A stretch of DNA of 64,000 nucleotides. Source: the human T2T-CHM13v2.0 reference genome, Homo sapiens. The notes beneath the pieces were generated by a model. The model did no database searches, was not told the DNA's origin, and worked only from the letters and a program-made list of their open reading frames with translations. Position 1 is the first letter of the stretch; every line of letters begins with the position of its first letter. Position numbers and translations under genes: made by a program. The stretch lies in assembly GCF_009914755.1 (NCBI RefSeq), contig NC_060934.1; one strand, written 5' to 3'. Of the stretch, positions 40,250 to 57,351 are shown one piece after another.

Positions 40250-40669
40250 TGTTAAATTCAGTTTAGCCTAAAGCTGCCTCTTCTCATATTTTAAGTTCAG
40301 CCTAAAGGTTTTTCTGTACATAGTGAATTAACTGTAACCTAACTGGATGTGTAAACAGACTGTAATCTACTCTTGTAACAAGTAGCCAAGTCCCAGCCAA
40401 TCACAGAAACCACACTTCCACTACTCACAGGCAGCCAACTGTTCGAACAGTATTTAAATAAGGCGAACACTGAGCTGTAAGCAATCCATCTGTTTCTGTA
40501 CCTCATTTCCATTTTCTGAACATCACTTTCCTTTTTCTGTCCATAAATCCTCTCTGGTTGGGAGGGGAGGGAGACGGGGTTGGGGAGAAGTGGCTGTCTG
40601 ATTTGCAAATCATTCTTTGCTCAATTAAACTCTGTTAAATTTAATTTGTCTAAAGTTTTTCTTTTAACA
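40250..40669 (+). mobile_element. MER57-family ERV1 solo LTR nested in the ERVL remnant
   Basis: tgttaaatt...gcctaaagctgcctc...cttttaaca; 4-bp TSD atcc at 40246-40249 and 40670-40673. Confidence 0.8.
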
Positions 40670-41303
40670 ATCCTGAGTATGCATAATCGAGGGAGGTAGA
40701 GCATACAGTTGGATAAAGAAGAATTCATTGATAAGAGAGCACTTTCCCATGATGTAGGAGTTCACCTCGGCAAGGACCCAGGAAACACTAGCTGTTGCAC
40801 TGCTAGAATGCCTCTTGGAAGTTAGAGAGAACATCACATCAAATTGATCTACTATATCAATGATACCATGTTAATCATACTGGGTGAGCAAGAAGTGCAA
40901 GTACATTGGAGGCCTTGATAAGACACTTGTGCTTCAGAGGCTGGAGCTCTGCCATGTCAGTGAAATGTTTAGTCCACACAGTGCCACATAAGTACAGAGC
41001 CTGGGTTACCCTGGGATATCCCCTTCAAAGTAAAGGACAAATGTCTGCATTTCATGCCTCCACTACTGAAAAGGAAGCACAGTGCCTGGTAGGGCTCTGG
41101 AGGCAGCATCTTCCACACTCGGAAACACTGCTTCAGCCCTTTTGCTGGTGACTGGGAAGACGTCCAGCATTGATCCAGGCTTTGAAGCCGGTCCAGGATG
41201 TAGTGAGAGCAGCCCTGTCACTTGTGGCCTTGTAGCCAGCAGGCCTATGCATTTGAAGTCATTTGCATTGCCATGTAAACTCCTCCATCGCTCTCCCCAA
41301 ATC

Positions 41304-41555
<252 letters not shown>

Positions 41556-41845
41556 CTCCCAAAATCTTTAGTGAAGAGGTACCTCCCATCACGGGTGGGT
41601 GTGAGAGGCAGTGGAGTTTCACATCCAGATTCATGTGCTGTAAAACAGAGACTAATATGGACGTGTAAACTCCAAGACCATGGAGAACTTACGTACCTCT
41701 GGAAATTTTCAGAAAACCAGAGAAACTCAGGCAAGGATGGAATGTGCAGGGAGGCCCCAGCTGATAACTGGGTTACGCGTCTAAGTCATCACCATACAGA
41801 TTAGGAAGGTGGGGAGGATTTGTTAAAAAATGAGAAAAATGAGTT

Positions 41846-43093
41846 TTTTTCCCACAAATTTTTGAATCACTTAAAATGTGATTTTATTTATTTTTTAGAC
41901 TTCGATTTTAAGTTCAGGGGTACATGTGCAGGTTTGATATATAGGTAAACTTGTGTCATGGGGGTTTGTTGTACAGATAATTTCATTACCCAGGTATTAA
42001 GCTTAGTACCCATTAGTTATTTTTCCTGATCCTCTCCCTCTTCCCACCCTCCACCCTTCGGTAGACCCCAGTGTGTGTTGTTCCCCTCTTTGTGTCCATG
42101 TGTTCTCATCATCTAGCTCCAACTTATAAATCAGCATATGTGGTATTTGGTTTTCTGTTCCTGCATTATTTTGCTAAGGATAATGGCCTCCAGCTCCATG
42201 CATGTTCCCGCAAAGGACACGATCTCATTCTTTTTTATAGCTGCATAATATTCCATGGTGTATAGGTACCACATTTTCTTTATCCAGTCTATCATTAATA
42301 GGCATTTAGGTTGATTCCATGTCTTTGCTATTGTGAATAGTGCTGCAACAAACATATGTGTGCATGTGTCTTTATGAGAGAATGATTTATATTCTTTTGG
42401 GGATATACCCAGTAATGGGATTGCTGAATTGAAGAGTAGTTTTGTTTTTAGGTCTCTGAGAAATCGCCCCACTGCTTTGCACAATGTTGAACTATTAGGT
42501 TGGTGCAAAAAGTAATTGTGGTTTTTGCCTAATAATTTACACTCCCACCAACAATGTATAAGCGTTTCTTTTTCTTCGCAACCTCACCAGCATCTGCTAT
42601 TTTTTGACTTTTTAACAGTACCCATTCTGACTGGTGTGAAGTAAATCAAGATGGATTAAAGACTTAACTGTGAAACCCAAAGCTATAAAAGCCCTGGAAA
42701 ACAACCTAGGCAAAACCATTTTGGACATAGGAATGGGCAAAGGTTTCATGATGAAGGTGCCAAAAGCAATGACAACAAAAGCAAAAATCGACAAGTGGGA
42801 TCTAATTAAACTAAAGAGCTTCTGTACAGCAAAAGAAACAATCATCAGAGTAAACAGATAACCTACAGAATGGACGAAAATTTTTGCAAACTACGCATCT
42901 GACAAAAGTCAATATCCAGCATCTATAAACTTAAACAAATTCATAAGAGTAAAACAAAGAACCCTATTAAAGAGTGGGCAGGTACATGAACAGACACTTT
43001 TTAAAAGAAGATATGCATGCAGCCAACAAGCATATGAAAAAAAGCTCAACATTACTGATCATTAGAGAAATACAAGTCAAAACCACAATGAGA
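41846..43093 (-). mobile_element. L1PA element with 5' inversion
   Basis: 41882-42639 is the L1 3' end on the minus strand (ORF2 C-terminus KDTCTHMFVAALFTIAKTWNQPKC). 42640-43093 is upstream ORF2 sequence on the plus strand ([20 protein letters not shown]). TSD aatgagaaaaatgagtt. Confidence 0.9.
42495..42532. mobile_element. Internally deleted MADE1 (Hsmar1 MITE) within the L1
   Basis: ttaggttggtgcaaaaagtaattgtggtttttgcctaa flanked by TA duplication, interrupting L1 ttgaacta|atttacactccc. Confidence 0.85.
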
Positions 43094-43116
43094 AAAATGA
43101 GTTATAAAAGGCAACA

Positions 43117-43310
43117 AGGCCAGGTGCAGTGGCTCACGCCTGTAATCCCAGCGCTTCAGGAGGCCAGGGTGAGTGGATCACTTGAGCCCAGGAGTTTGAG
43201 GTTACAGGGAGCTATGATCACATCACTGCACTCCAGCCTGGGCAACAGAGCGAGACCCTGGCTCTAAAATACAGACAGACATACATACATACATGCCTAC
43301 ATACATACAA
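43117..43310 (+). mobile_element. Monomer-length Alu followed by a (CATA)n tail
   Basis: Left-arm start joined to a right-arm end. Confidence 0.82.
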
Positions 43311-44129
43311 TCCTGTTTGTTTGGCTTTTTCCCCAGATACCAGGTGGCATTGCCCTGGTCCTCCTCCTGCTCTGCTTCAGCTCCCTGGGAATCTATCTGC
43401 TGTCGAGGCTGCCAATGTCTGGGCCAAAAGTGCCCAGTGTCTCCTGCAGATGCCTGGGCTGAAGCTGACAGCAGGCTCTTCACCACCACAAGGGCAGTGG
43501 GGCCACTGTCGAGGCTGCCAGCCCTCACGCCGCCACTGCAGCTGCTGCCCTTTGGGCTCACAGCGCCCTACAGAGAGCCCAGTGAATGCTGCCTACACAG
43601 CCTCTCCCCAGGACAGGAGCTGGCTGGGGGATCCCCTTGGTAGTACACATTCGGTTATACTTGGCAGTGGCATATCTAATGATTTGATACCCAGAGGGTA
43701 TAATTTTAAAACAATCTTCCACATGACAAAATAATTTTCAGTAATAATCATGAAAAAATGAATGGTAGTAATGGTCAGAAATGAAATGCAACAGGAAAAT
43801 TTTTTTTAAAACTTTCTATATATAATCATGCCCATAAATAAATAAGGAAAAAAGAAAGATGACAGTGCAAAAAGAAAAACATGAGCAACATTAATAACTC
43901 TGAATTATACTAATATTCTTTTTGCCAACATTTTATTGTGCATATTTTCCAACATACAGTAAAGTCAGAGAAATTTTACAGCAAACACTTTTATGCCCAG
44001 CACCTAGATCTTACCAATAATATTTTCTTATATTTTATCACACAGCTTTATCACGCAGCTATCTATCCAACCCTCTATCCATCTACCAATCTTATTTTTT
44101 GTTTTAAACTTTTTACTTTACAAAAGTGT

Positions 44130-44408
44130 TAGTAATTCTAGCACTTTGGGAGGCCGAGGTGGGTACATTGTTTGAGCCCAGGAGTTCGAGACCAGCCTGG
44201 GCAACATGGCGAAACCCCATCTCTACCAAAAATACAAAAATTAGCCGGGCATGGTGATGCACTTCTGTAGTCCCACCTACTCAGTAGGCTGAGGCTGGAA
44301 GATCTATTGAGCTCAGGAGGTCGTGGATGCAGTGAGCTGTGATGGCACCGCTGTACTCCAGCCTGGGAGGCAGATGGAGACCCTGTCTCAAAAATAAATA
44401 AATAAAAA
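44130..44408 (+). mobile_element. Alu (AluJ-like), 5'-truncated
   Basis: Dimer with (AAAT)n tail. Confidence 0.88.
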
Positions 44409-44409
44409 T

Positions 44410-46600
<2,191 letters not shown>

Positions 46601-47277
46601 AAAAAGGGAAAATATGCCAATGTTAGTTCTATCTCAGTGATAAATAGTAATATTTTATGACAACTTTTGCAAATTAGGTAATGACTTCATCAAAATTGAT
46701 CTTTGTTTCTTCATATTCAAAAGACAGTACATTATCAACCAGATTTGATAATCTATATTTACTCATGGTTAATCAAGAACACTTTTTATTAGTTTTCATT
46801 TTGAAAAGCTTCTTTCACATAAGATAGCAGATGTGCAAAGTTTACAGAAGAGGTATAATCTTAGTGCTGTTACAAAGGAAAAGATGCTCAATCTCACTGT
46901 GAGATAAATGCAGATCAGAATTGTGCAATAATATTTGCACTTCTCAGATTGGCAAAGATCAAAGAGTTTGATGACATAATGTGTGAGTGAGGAGGTGGGA
47001 AAGCTGGAACTCTAACACATTTGCAAGTGGAAGTGTAAATTGGAATATACTTTAAAATTATGGCAATAGCTATCAAAATTACATATGCACATCCCTTTGC
47101 TTCCACATTCTGTATATAGGATTTTTTTTCTATAGAGGTGTTTTCATATTTGTGAAATGAGGTATGTAAAAGATTATTTATTGCAGCATTGTTTGTAAGG
47201 GCCTATGGTTAGAAACAATGAAAATGTTCATCAATAAAGGGCAGAATAAACAAATAAAATTAGTTAAATTAAATTGT

Positions 47278-47577
<300 letters not shown>

Positions 47578-48120
47578 TTAATTAATTATATTGTATGCCA
47601 TCATAAAAAGATGACATGAAAAGATCTTCCAGACACGTTAAGTGAAGATTGCAAGGTGTTGACCAGTGTGTATAGTATACTTCCATTTGTTTACAAAGTA
47701 TTCATTTGCATACGCAAAAATGATCTTTTGGGGGACAGTTAAGAAATGTATAATGGTGCTTGACTTTGGCAGAGCAGGTAGACAACCTGGGGTTGAAGGA
47801 GGTCTACTTTTCATTGTACACCCTTTTGTGTATACATCCTTGTGTGCACCATGTTAATGTACATGTGACTGCAATGTAAATAAATGAAATTTAAATTTTA
47901 AATTATTCTTTGAGAGTATAGACTAACTGCAGAGATTAGGAGAGGGATGAGAGCCCCACATATCTGGATTTAGCAACATCCTGCCTACAGGACAAAAGGA
48001 CTAGTGGCATTGAATACAGAAAGGTGAAAGGTGGTCAATATCCCAATGATCCTTTGGTCAGGTAAGGAAATATCTATGTTTAAGGATCAAACGTGTGCAA
48101 GGAATGCAACATACAGATAA

Positions 48121-48442
<322 letters not shown>

Positions 48443-49602
48443 AATATGTTTTTTTTAAACAGATAAGAGAAAAAATTCTAACAAGGTAAGGGAAATATTT
48501 ATATTATGGATTCAGGCCTAGGAGTCACCCCAGATAGTCTGTCTCCTTCCATCCACCTATGTATGAACCATCAAATCCTATCTATTTAGCCACCAAAAAA
48601 TATCACAAATATATAGACTTTCCTCTACCAGTTCCCTAGGCCAAGCCACCACCAGCCTAGCTTTGCATTCCCTAACCCTTCCATTCTAAATTAGAATTCC
48701 TAGTAGCCTTTATTCTCTTTCACAACACCTTTTATTTTATTTTTCTTCATAACTCTTACCAACATATAAGAAGTTTAATGGCATACCTATTTAATTAATG
48801 TCTATTCCCCAGCTGGAATATAAACTCCATGAAGTCAGAGACTGTGTCTGTTTTGCTAGTTACTATATTTCCAACTCAAACATTTGTGTTGAATGAATGA
48901 ATAAACTAGACTATGGAACTCCCTGGAGAAACAGAGCTGTGTGTGTAATGGAAAACTTTAAAAATCACATTGAGGAGACTATCAGGAGATAAATTATCAG
49001 AAGCAAATTGTGATCATAGAAGAGCCTAGAAAATATGCTAGGTCTTTTCGTCTCTGACCTCCACTGATTTGCCACACACTGAGAACTGTCAGCTTAGACA
49101 TTTCACCAATGTGGCACAAGACTTTAGTACTAGCAGGCTGAGCAAGTCTCCTCTCCCTTGGGAACTTGGTTCTCTCAATTCTGCTTTGGGGTAGATGAGC
49201 AAAGAACTTCTTATCTGAAGACATGAAGTCTAAGAAGACTGTATTGTTCTAGCAGCATCTCCCTAGCAAGTCTGTACAGGCTGAGTATGAATCAGGCGGA
49301 GATTATGACCAGGTTTTACTTCAGGCATTTTCTAAAATCACTCCACAAAAGTTCAGCTCTCATAATTGAAGATGACATTGATCTCATGCATTGCCAATGT
49401 ACATTTTAAAACTCTCAGGGAGTCAGGACCATCATGAGTAAGTCTCCAGTGACTATGTTACCAGGTTATAATGGTCAGGAGCACTTTGTATATAATTTGC
49501 TTCATGTCCCATTGTATTGTAATCATTTATGTGTCTCTCTTCTACCATTGCACTGTACACTCCTCAAGGCTCAAAGGCAGGAATATAATAGGAGCTCAAT
49601 AA

Positions 49603-49924
<322 letters not shown>

Positions 49925-50489
49925 TGAATGAATAATCTGAATACAGTACATGGATTTGACTTTTGAAGGAAGACAGTTTATATAGAGACAGTTATATTCA
50001 ATCCACCACTTATTAGATCTGTAAACCAGAACAGATAATTTAATCTCTCTTTACCTTCCCCCTTTTTGAAAAATTATGAAGTATTTAAATATATACACAA
50101 ATATAAAGAAGGGTAAAATTAACATTTATCTGCTACCTAGCTTTATATTATTTTGTCAAATATGGCTGAGAGAATGCCATGTGTTCATCAAATATTGTTT
50201 CATTTTTCTCTTTCTGGGCACACAAAAAGACTGCATTTCTCATCCTCCTCTGCAGCCAGATGGGTGTCATGAGACTAGTTCTGCCAATGGACTGTAAGCA
50301 GATGTGCTATGTGTTACTTCCAGGGTAAGCATAGAAGAATGACTGAGTTCTCTGTTCTCTTTCCCTGCTGCAGTGATCCTGGAAACCACGTTTGAAAACA
50401 GTGTTATCAGAAGACCCTGGAGCCTCCATCAGTCTATACCCCTGAATATCTGTATGGATCAGTGTATGAGAATCGCCTTTGTGCTACAT

Positions 50490-51750
50490 CTTTATCAATG
50501 CTGAGCTTTTCCAGCTTTAAAAACTTTTCTGACAGTTTGATGGTGTGAAATCATTGTTTTAATTTGTGTTTTGCTGATCCTGAATGATGCTGAACACCTT
50601 TCCAAATGCTTGTCATTTGGGTTTTTCTGTGAGTGCCTGTTTGTATCCTTTGCCCATGGTGGATGGGGGAGTTCATTATTCTAGTGTTCTGTGGGATGAT
50701 TTTATATATTTTGGAAACCAATCTCCTATCAGTTGCATTCATTGCAAATACTTTCTCCAAGTGTGCAGCTTATCTTTTTACTTTGTTTAAAGTATCTTTG
50801 TTGTATAGAAATTTAAATTTACCAGTCTTCTTATGCTTTGTGTAAGAATTTTTTCCTATCCCAAAGTTCTAAATATATTTTTCTATATTCTCTTTTGAAA
50901 AATTTTTTTCTTTCTACAGTGATGTGAATTTGAAAGTTTTAAAGACTTGATTTTCATTTGTAAGTCTTTAATCTACCTGTACAGTAATAGTTTGTGTGCG
51001 TGTGTGTGTGTGTGTGGTGTAATGTAAGAACATATTTGTTTCCATAAAATAGCCAATTTCTCAAGGCCATTTATTGACTAGTTCATCATTTCCATTGATG
51101 ACAATACAATTTTGCCGTATATCAAGTTTCCATTGATGCACAGGTCTGTTTATAGTCTCTTTAACCTGTTTGACTGGTTTATTCATCTGTCCCTGGGCCA
51201 AGGCCATGTTGTCTTAATTGCTATAATTTTATAATAAGTTTTGATATGTGGTAGTGTAAGTATCCCTCCATTTCGATCTTCATTATTGTCTTATGTTTTG
51301 TTGACCCTAAGTATTTCAATATGAACTTTGGGATGAGCTTGTCAAATTCTACAAATAACTAAGTTGGGATTTTGGTTGAAATTGTATTTGCATCCTGTTG
51401 TTACTGTGGTTGAGAATAATTTTTTTTTACTATTACATTTTCTAGTTAATACTAATGATGCATAGAAATGCTGTTGATTCTCATACATTGATTTTGTATC
51501 CAGAAATCTTGTGCCCTCATATTAATTGTGTACATAGAGTCCTTGGAATTTGTCCACAATGTATATTCTTTAATAAGAGTAACTTATATAATACATTTTC
51601 AGTTCTTATGTTCCTCTTATACAGTATTGAATAAAAATGGTGAATCTTATTGAATCTTATTCTTATTTTAATAAAAATGTTCTTACAGTTTCACTATTAA
51701 GTATTTTGTTTGCTGTATGGGTATACTTAAGCTAAAGAAATACATTCAAA
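50490..51750 (-). mobile_element. Old L1ME remnant with (TG)n at ~50993-51015
   Basis: attgttttaatttg...; cattgcaaatactttctcc; gagcttgtcaaattctacaaa...gggattttggttgaaattg. Confidence 0.7.
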
Positions 51751-53979
51751 TTTTTTATGCCTCAGTCTCTTCACCTGTAATATGTAGATATCAATGCCTG
51801 TTTTATTTATTTTTCCAGTCTATTGTGAGAATTAAATAAGGTATCATACAGGAAAGATCACTGGAAATAGTGAAGTACTATATTCAAATGTCAGTTAGTG
51901 TGTATATATTGTTTGTTCACTTTTGTGTCCCAGTACCTAAAACATTTTCTGGAACCTAATTGGTGCTCCATAAATATGTGTTGGATAATTGTGGAAAACA
52001 GTATTAATATTAAACAGATGTTTCATGCAAAGTATTATTTCCTTATATCTTAACAGGGATGGCAACACTGAGATATTCATGCTGGTATCCCCTGCATTGC
52101 CTGCCAGTGGCAAAAAATTACTGAATTATCTCAGAAGGCTTCTTCTGAGCTCGGACTGTCAACCTCAGAATCCATTTCGACTTAGTGTTCTAGGCAGCTA
52201 TTTCCAATCTATTATAATTGGAATATGAAAAGAAACTTATTTACTTATTTACCAGTTTACTACTGGTTTGGTACCAAGCCAATAACATTGAATCTCTACT
52301 CAATTGGGCATATGGTACTGTTATGAAAGAGAAATTTAGGAATCAAGGGTTTCTCATTCCCAAAAGTAAATATCCACAGGAGGGCTACATAATCACCAGC
52401 ATTTAGGAAAGCTCAGTCTGTTTAATTGGGTTATTCTTCTTGTGTATTTCTCCATAAATTGAAAACACAATGATATCTGTTAAGTAAAAAGGCAACATCA
52501 GGCCTATGAAAATATTTCTTCCTTATTAGTAAAGTGCTTTGTTCCTATGTTTATCTTTGTTATTATATTGCAGGCTGGAAATGAGAACTGTGAGCATCAT
52601 TTTAATAAGTGGATTAAAGGTCTTTATTTCGAAAAATTTTTCCACGAACCTTGCTGAGTCTTCTATTTCTGACAGCTAGAAGTAGAGGTGAATCATGTCA
52701 TCCCCTTATAAACAAGAACAAACAGGCACTAAATTTACAGAGTAATTGTAAAGCAAGTCATTTTATGTTGTATATTTATGTTGCTTCTCACAGCCTATTT
52801 GCTATTTTCACATCTTTTCAGGTTATTAATTTATGATTTCCTGTAAAAAGGGACATTACTGAGTTTCTCTTCCCAGGCATTTCTACCTTCCCTCCCACAT
52901 ACCACAAACCCCTGTCAATTTTTGCCCTAGAATATACAAAATTTAGAGATTAAAGATATAAATGCAAGGCCCATGTCACTGGAAGGACTTGTTCATTTAT
53001 TGAGAGCTGGCTGATTGTTTCATTAAGTAATATCTCATATAAAAACACAAATATCTGATGCCTGAAAAGATTATGGGTGTCCCTGTGGCCCTTGATACTG
53101 TCATTTCCCACTCCGGCTCCTGGGAGGTGGATGAGCTCCAGCGTGGCACCCGCATTGCTGGGCTTTTAGGAAATGTGTTTTAATTTTAAAACAACTCAGA
53201 TGCTATATTCTCCAACAACCAACTTTGCCAAGATCAAGCCTTGAGACTCTTATAAAAGATTAAAATTTCAAAGCTAGCACTTTTCAGTGAAGGGCACACA
53301 TCATTATTTTGTTCTAATCTGCAAACACCTGACAGGCTCAAGAAGCAAACACGGCCAGGAACCAGAAATCCAAATATTGTGAAGTCATTGTTGCTTTTCA
53401 ATTTTGATTCAGCCTGTTCAAAAGCTATTAAGTAATGAAATGTACATGATATAATACTATACGAAAAATGGAGTTTACGAAACAGTATGAGATATATAAG
53501 ATAGATGTATAAGATATATGCATAACTTATATGGCATTATATATAAAATATTAAGTTAGCTGAGGTCTCTAAGCCTCAATTTCCTCTCCCGTAAAGAAGG
53601 TAATCATATCTATCTCATAGAGTCATGATATTAAATGAGATAATCCATGCAAAGTACACAGTATAGTGCCTGGAAGGCATATAATAATATATAGTCTATA
53701 TTTTATTACCAATATTTTAGAACAAAGGCTAGATGGATATATACCTAAATCCTAAAAATGGTTATTTTGGGGTTGTGGAATTGCAGGTGGGTGCTATTTT
53801 CCTTCCTTTGCTTTGACAGTATTTCTAAAATTTCTCTCATGAGTCAATATTACTTTTTTTTTTAATAAGAAAATTCAGAAGTTAGCCTCCTTTGACCAAA
53901 AGTACTCAGGTGGTTCTCACTTGCTCAATGATGAAGGGTAGAAATGGGATGAGCAGTGTTAATGACATCTGTAGAGCTT

Positions 53980-54500
53980 CCTGTGACAGATCATTAGAAA
54001 GGCCCCTGGTGAATCCCACCTTTCTAGTTCATATCCTTTTGCTGTGTGGCTTTGCTGCTCTTCCCATCAATAAATGGAGTCTAATTTTCCACCCTTTGAA
54101 TTTGGGCTTGCTTTGTGACTTGCTTTGTCTCATGAAGAAATGTCTGACAAAAATGATGCTGTGTGAATTCCAGAACCTGGTTTTTAAGAGGCCTGGCAGT
54201 TTCCACTTTCCCCATCTTGAAATCCTGAGACTTTCTCTGCTGTGAGAAGCCTTGTTTAGTTTATAGGAAGGATTGCTGATGGGCTGCAACAAACAGCAAG
54301 CACCAACAGCCAGACCTGTAACTGAGACCATTTTGGACCCTCCAGTTCTAGGCAGGAGGTTGATGACCAGAACTGCATAAGTGACCCCAGGCGAGATTGA
54401 AAAAGAGGAGCCCAGGAGTGTGAGACACAATATAACATTGATATTTTAAATGACCATGTTTTGGGGTGGCTTGTTATGCAAGAGCAGATATCTAAAACAC
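53980..54500 (+). mobile_element. MLT1-family MaLR LTR
   Basis: cttcccatcaa...ggagtctaattttccaccctttgaatttgggcttg...ttttggggtggcttgttatgcaagagcagata. Confidence 0.7.
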
Positions 54501-54738
54501 TGCTCTTCATAGATGTCCGTGCTACCCAAACACTGTCTACTTCAAAGGGGCTGCAGAAAGAAGGGACTTCTCTCCAAAGACATTAATTTATTGTGCAATT
54601 TGTAGAGAGTAAAAAAATGCTTCCTTTCACTTGTGCTTTGTAACCTGAACTTAAATGTACACTATTGTAAATCTATATGGCTGGTAAGTATGGAATTGAG
54701 GGTCCTCTAACCAACTACTCCAGGGGCAAGTGTCCTCA

Positions 54739-54996
<258 letters not shown>

Positions 54997-56950
54997 TCAT
55001 TTTCTGGGGCTACCCTGGCTGGGATATCAAGGAACCAAACATTCATTTATTTGTTGATCCATTTTTCAGATGTATATTGAACACACATTATGTATGAGAC
55101 TGGGCTAAGCAATGAAGCATAAAAAGACTTTAAGACATGGTTACTGCTTTCCACAACAGGAAGATATGACATGCAGATAATGTCAATAGGAAGTAATGCA
55201 TGCTAAAGCACTCGGTGAATGTACAGGCAACTCATAAACCATATGAGTTTCGGGGAGGAAGAGAAGCCTTCCAACCAGGATGACCAGAGTTGACATTATA
55301 GTAACCACACAATTTGATTTTAGTCTTATAGACTGAGTTAAGAATTTGGTGGGGGTGAGATGGGGAGAGGCCATGCAGACAAGGGAATCTTCATGAGCAA
55401 AGGGCAGGAGAAAGACACAAGACACATTTGAGAGAGGTATCTAGGAGACAAATTTAAATGGAAGGTTCATTTACTGACTCATTTATTGCTTCAGCAAATA
55501 TTTACTGAATGCCTAGTAGGTGTCAGAAACTCTGCTAGTCTCTGAAAATGCTGAAATATAAATGACCCAGCGCCCATCTTTAAGGAATAAGTAATCTATT
55601 GTGCAGGCAGCAAATAAGCCATTGCAGAGAATGGGATGGTAAATTCATGGTTGAATACCAAGGAAGACAAGCCTGGAAAAGTAGGTTAAGGCCAAATTGT
55701 GGAAGGCTTTGAAAACCAGGATTTCTCTCCTGCAGTTCAGAGAAACTTCTACTTAAAAAAAAAGTGGAAACTTTTAAAATAACAAATAATACTGTTATTT
55801 GGAACTGCAGCATAAAAGACAGATACAAGTGGATCTGTCTGGATCGAAGAGGAGGGGCCTAGAAGGCTTACTGGCCTTACCTCTCTCTCAGTGCTTTTCC
55901 CTGCGGCAATCCCTAGGGCATCTCTACAGTTCAAAGGAACACAGTGTCAAACATAATCGTATTGTGCTGGCAACAGAGAATTGCTGAAGTTTGTTTGTTT
56001 AAATCAGGAGAGTTCCATAATGTACATAAGATGCCCTGTCAACATAACTCACAATTGTTGAGCACTTACCAGGTAGCAGGCACCATGTTAAGTGACATAC
56101 TATTTAATATTTACCACAACCCCATCAGGAATGTATTATTAATAATAAAAATAATGATGATAATAACGTTCCCACTTTAGAGGTGAAGAAGCTAAGTTTC
56201 AGAGAGGCTAAGTAAATTCTCCAAGCTACACAGTTTGTAGAGCAGGGATCAGAATAGAACTGATCAGATTGCAGAGCCTGTGCTGTATTTTAGGCACAGC
56301 TGGTGAGGGTATGAGGCTTCTAAGCTCTCCTGCCTCCTAATCTGCTTACCATATATTAGATGCTTGATTAATGGTATCTATTATCATTACCATTATCTTT
56401 ATTACCATCAAAAGAGGACAGCTCTATAGGAATTACATTATACATTTGGATATGCAATTTTAGTTGAGGCTGATGAACTAGTGGCCTAAAATCACTAAAT
56501 TTAAAGATGACTTGTTTCAACATAATAAATAAAGTACGAAATATTTTCATTTACCATTCACTCATTCTATTGGGATAGTGTACAGAGTCATGAAAATATT
56601 GCCTCAATGGATTTTCAGCTACTCAGAATAGCTCTCCATAAAGAAAAAACAAAACAAAACACAAATGGCCAATAAAAAATACTAAAGGATGTTCAGACTT
56701 ACTCATAATTAAAGACATATCATTCAAAACAGTGAGGCTCCAGTGCTGCCATGTGTAGTTGTTCGGTTTGAGCACTGTGTAAGGTGGCTGGCCAAAGGGC
56801 AAGTGGAGTGAAAATGGAATTCTGAATGGCAGACTCCATGTTCTGTCATGGTCTCAGTCCGCCTAGGAGGTTATAGGAAGCAAAGAGAGGAGGGAGATTT
56901 TTAAATTCCTTTGCCCAAAGGGATTTGAAAAATATTAATGCAAAGGCATG

Positions 56951-57351
56951 TGTCTTAGTCAGCTTATGTTGCTATAAAAGAATGCCTGAAGCTGGGTAAT
57001 TTATAAAGAAAAGAGATTTATTTGTCTTATGGTTCTGCAGGCTGTACAAGAAGCACGGTGCCAGCATCTGCTTCTAATGAGTGCCTCAGGCTTCTTCCAC
57101 TCACAGTGGAAGGGGCAGGGGAAAGGGAGCTGGTGTGTGCAGGGGTCACATTGCAAGAGAGCAGAAGCAAGAGAGAGAGGAGGAGGTGCCAGGCTCATCT
57201 CAACAAGCAGTTCTTTCGGGAGCTAAGTATGGGAATTCACTCATTACCATGAGGCCAATCATGAGCATCCACCCTCATGACCCGAACAACTCCAACATTG
57301 GTGATCACATTTCACATGCGATTTGGAGGGACAAATATCCAAACTATATCA
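56951..57351 (-). mobile_element. MST-family MaLR solo LTR
   Basis: tgtcttagtc...gctgggtaatttataaagaaaagag...ggttctgcaggctgtacaagaagca...aaatatccaaactatatca. Confidence 0.85.

Larger units (their letters stand above)
38668..41290 (+). mobile_element. ERVL-class proviral remnant (LTR16-like LTR plus deleted gag/pol internal sequence)
   Basis: LTR 3' end ...ctcagagtctg...ggaacctgacctacaaca at ~39095. RT remnant near 40845-41150 reads LIYYINDTMLI (degenerate YIDD), EALIRHLCFRGW and [19 protein letters not shown], similar to ERVL pol. Confidence 0.78.
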
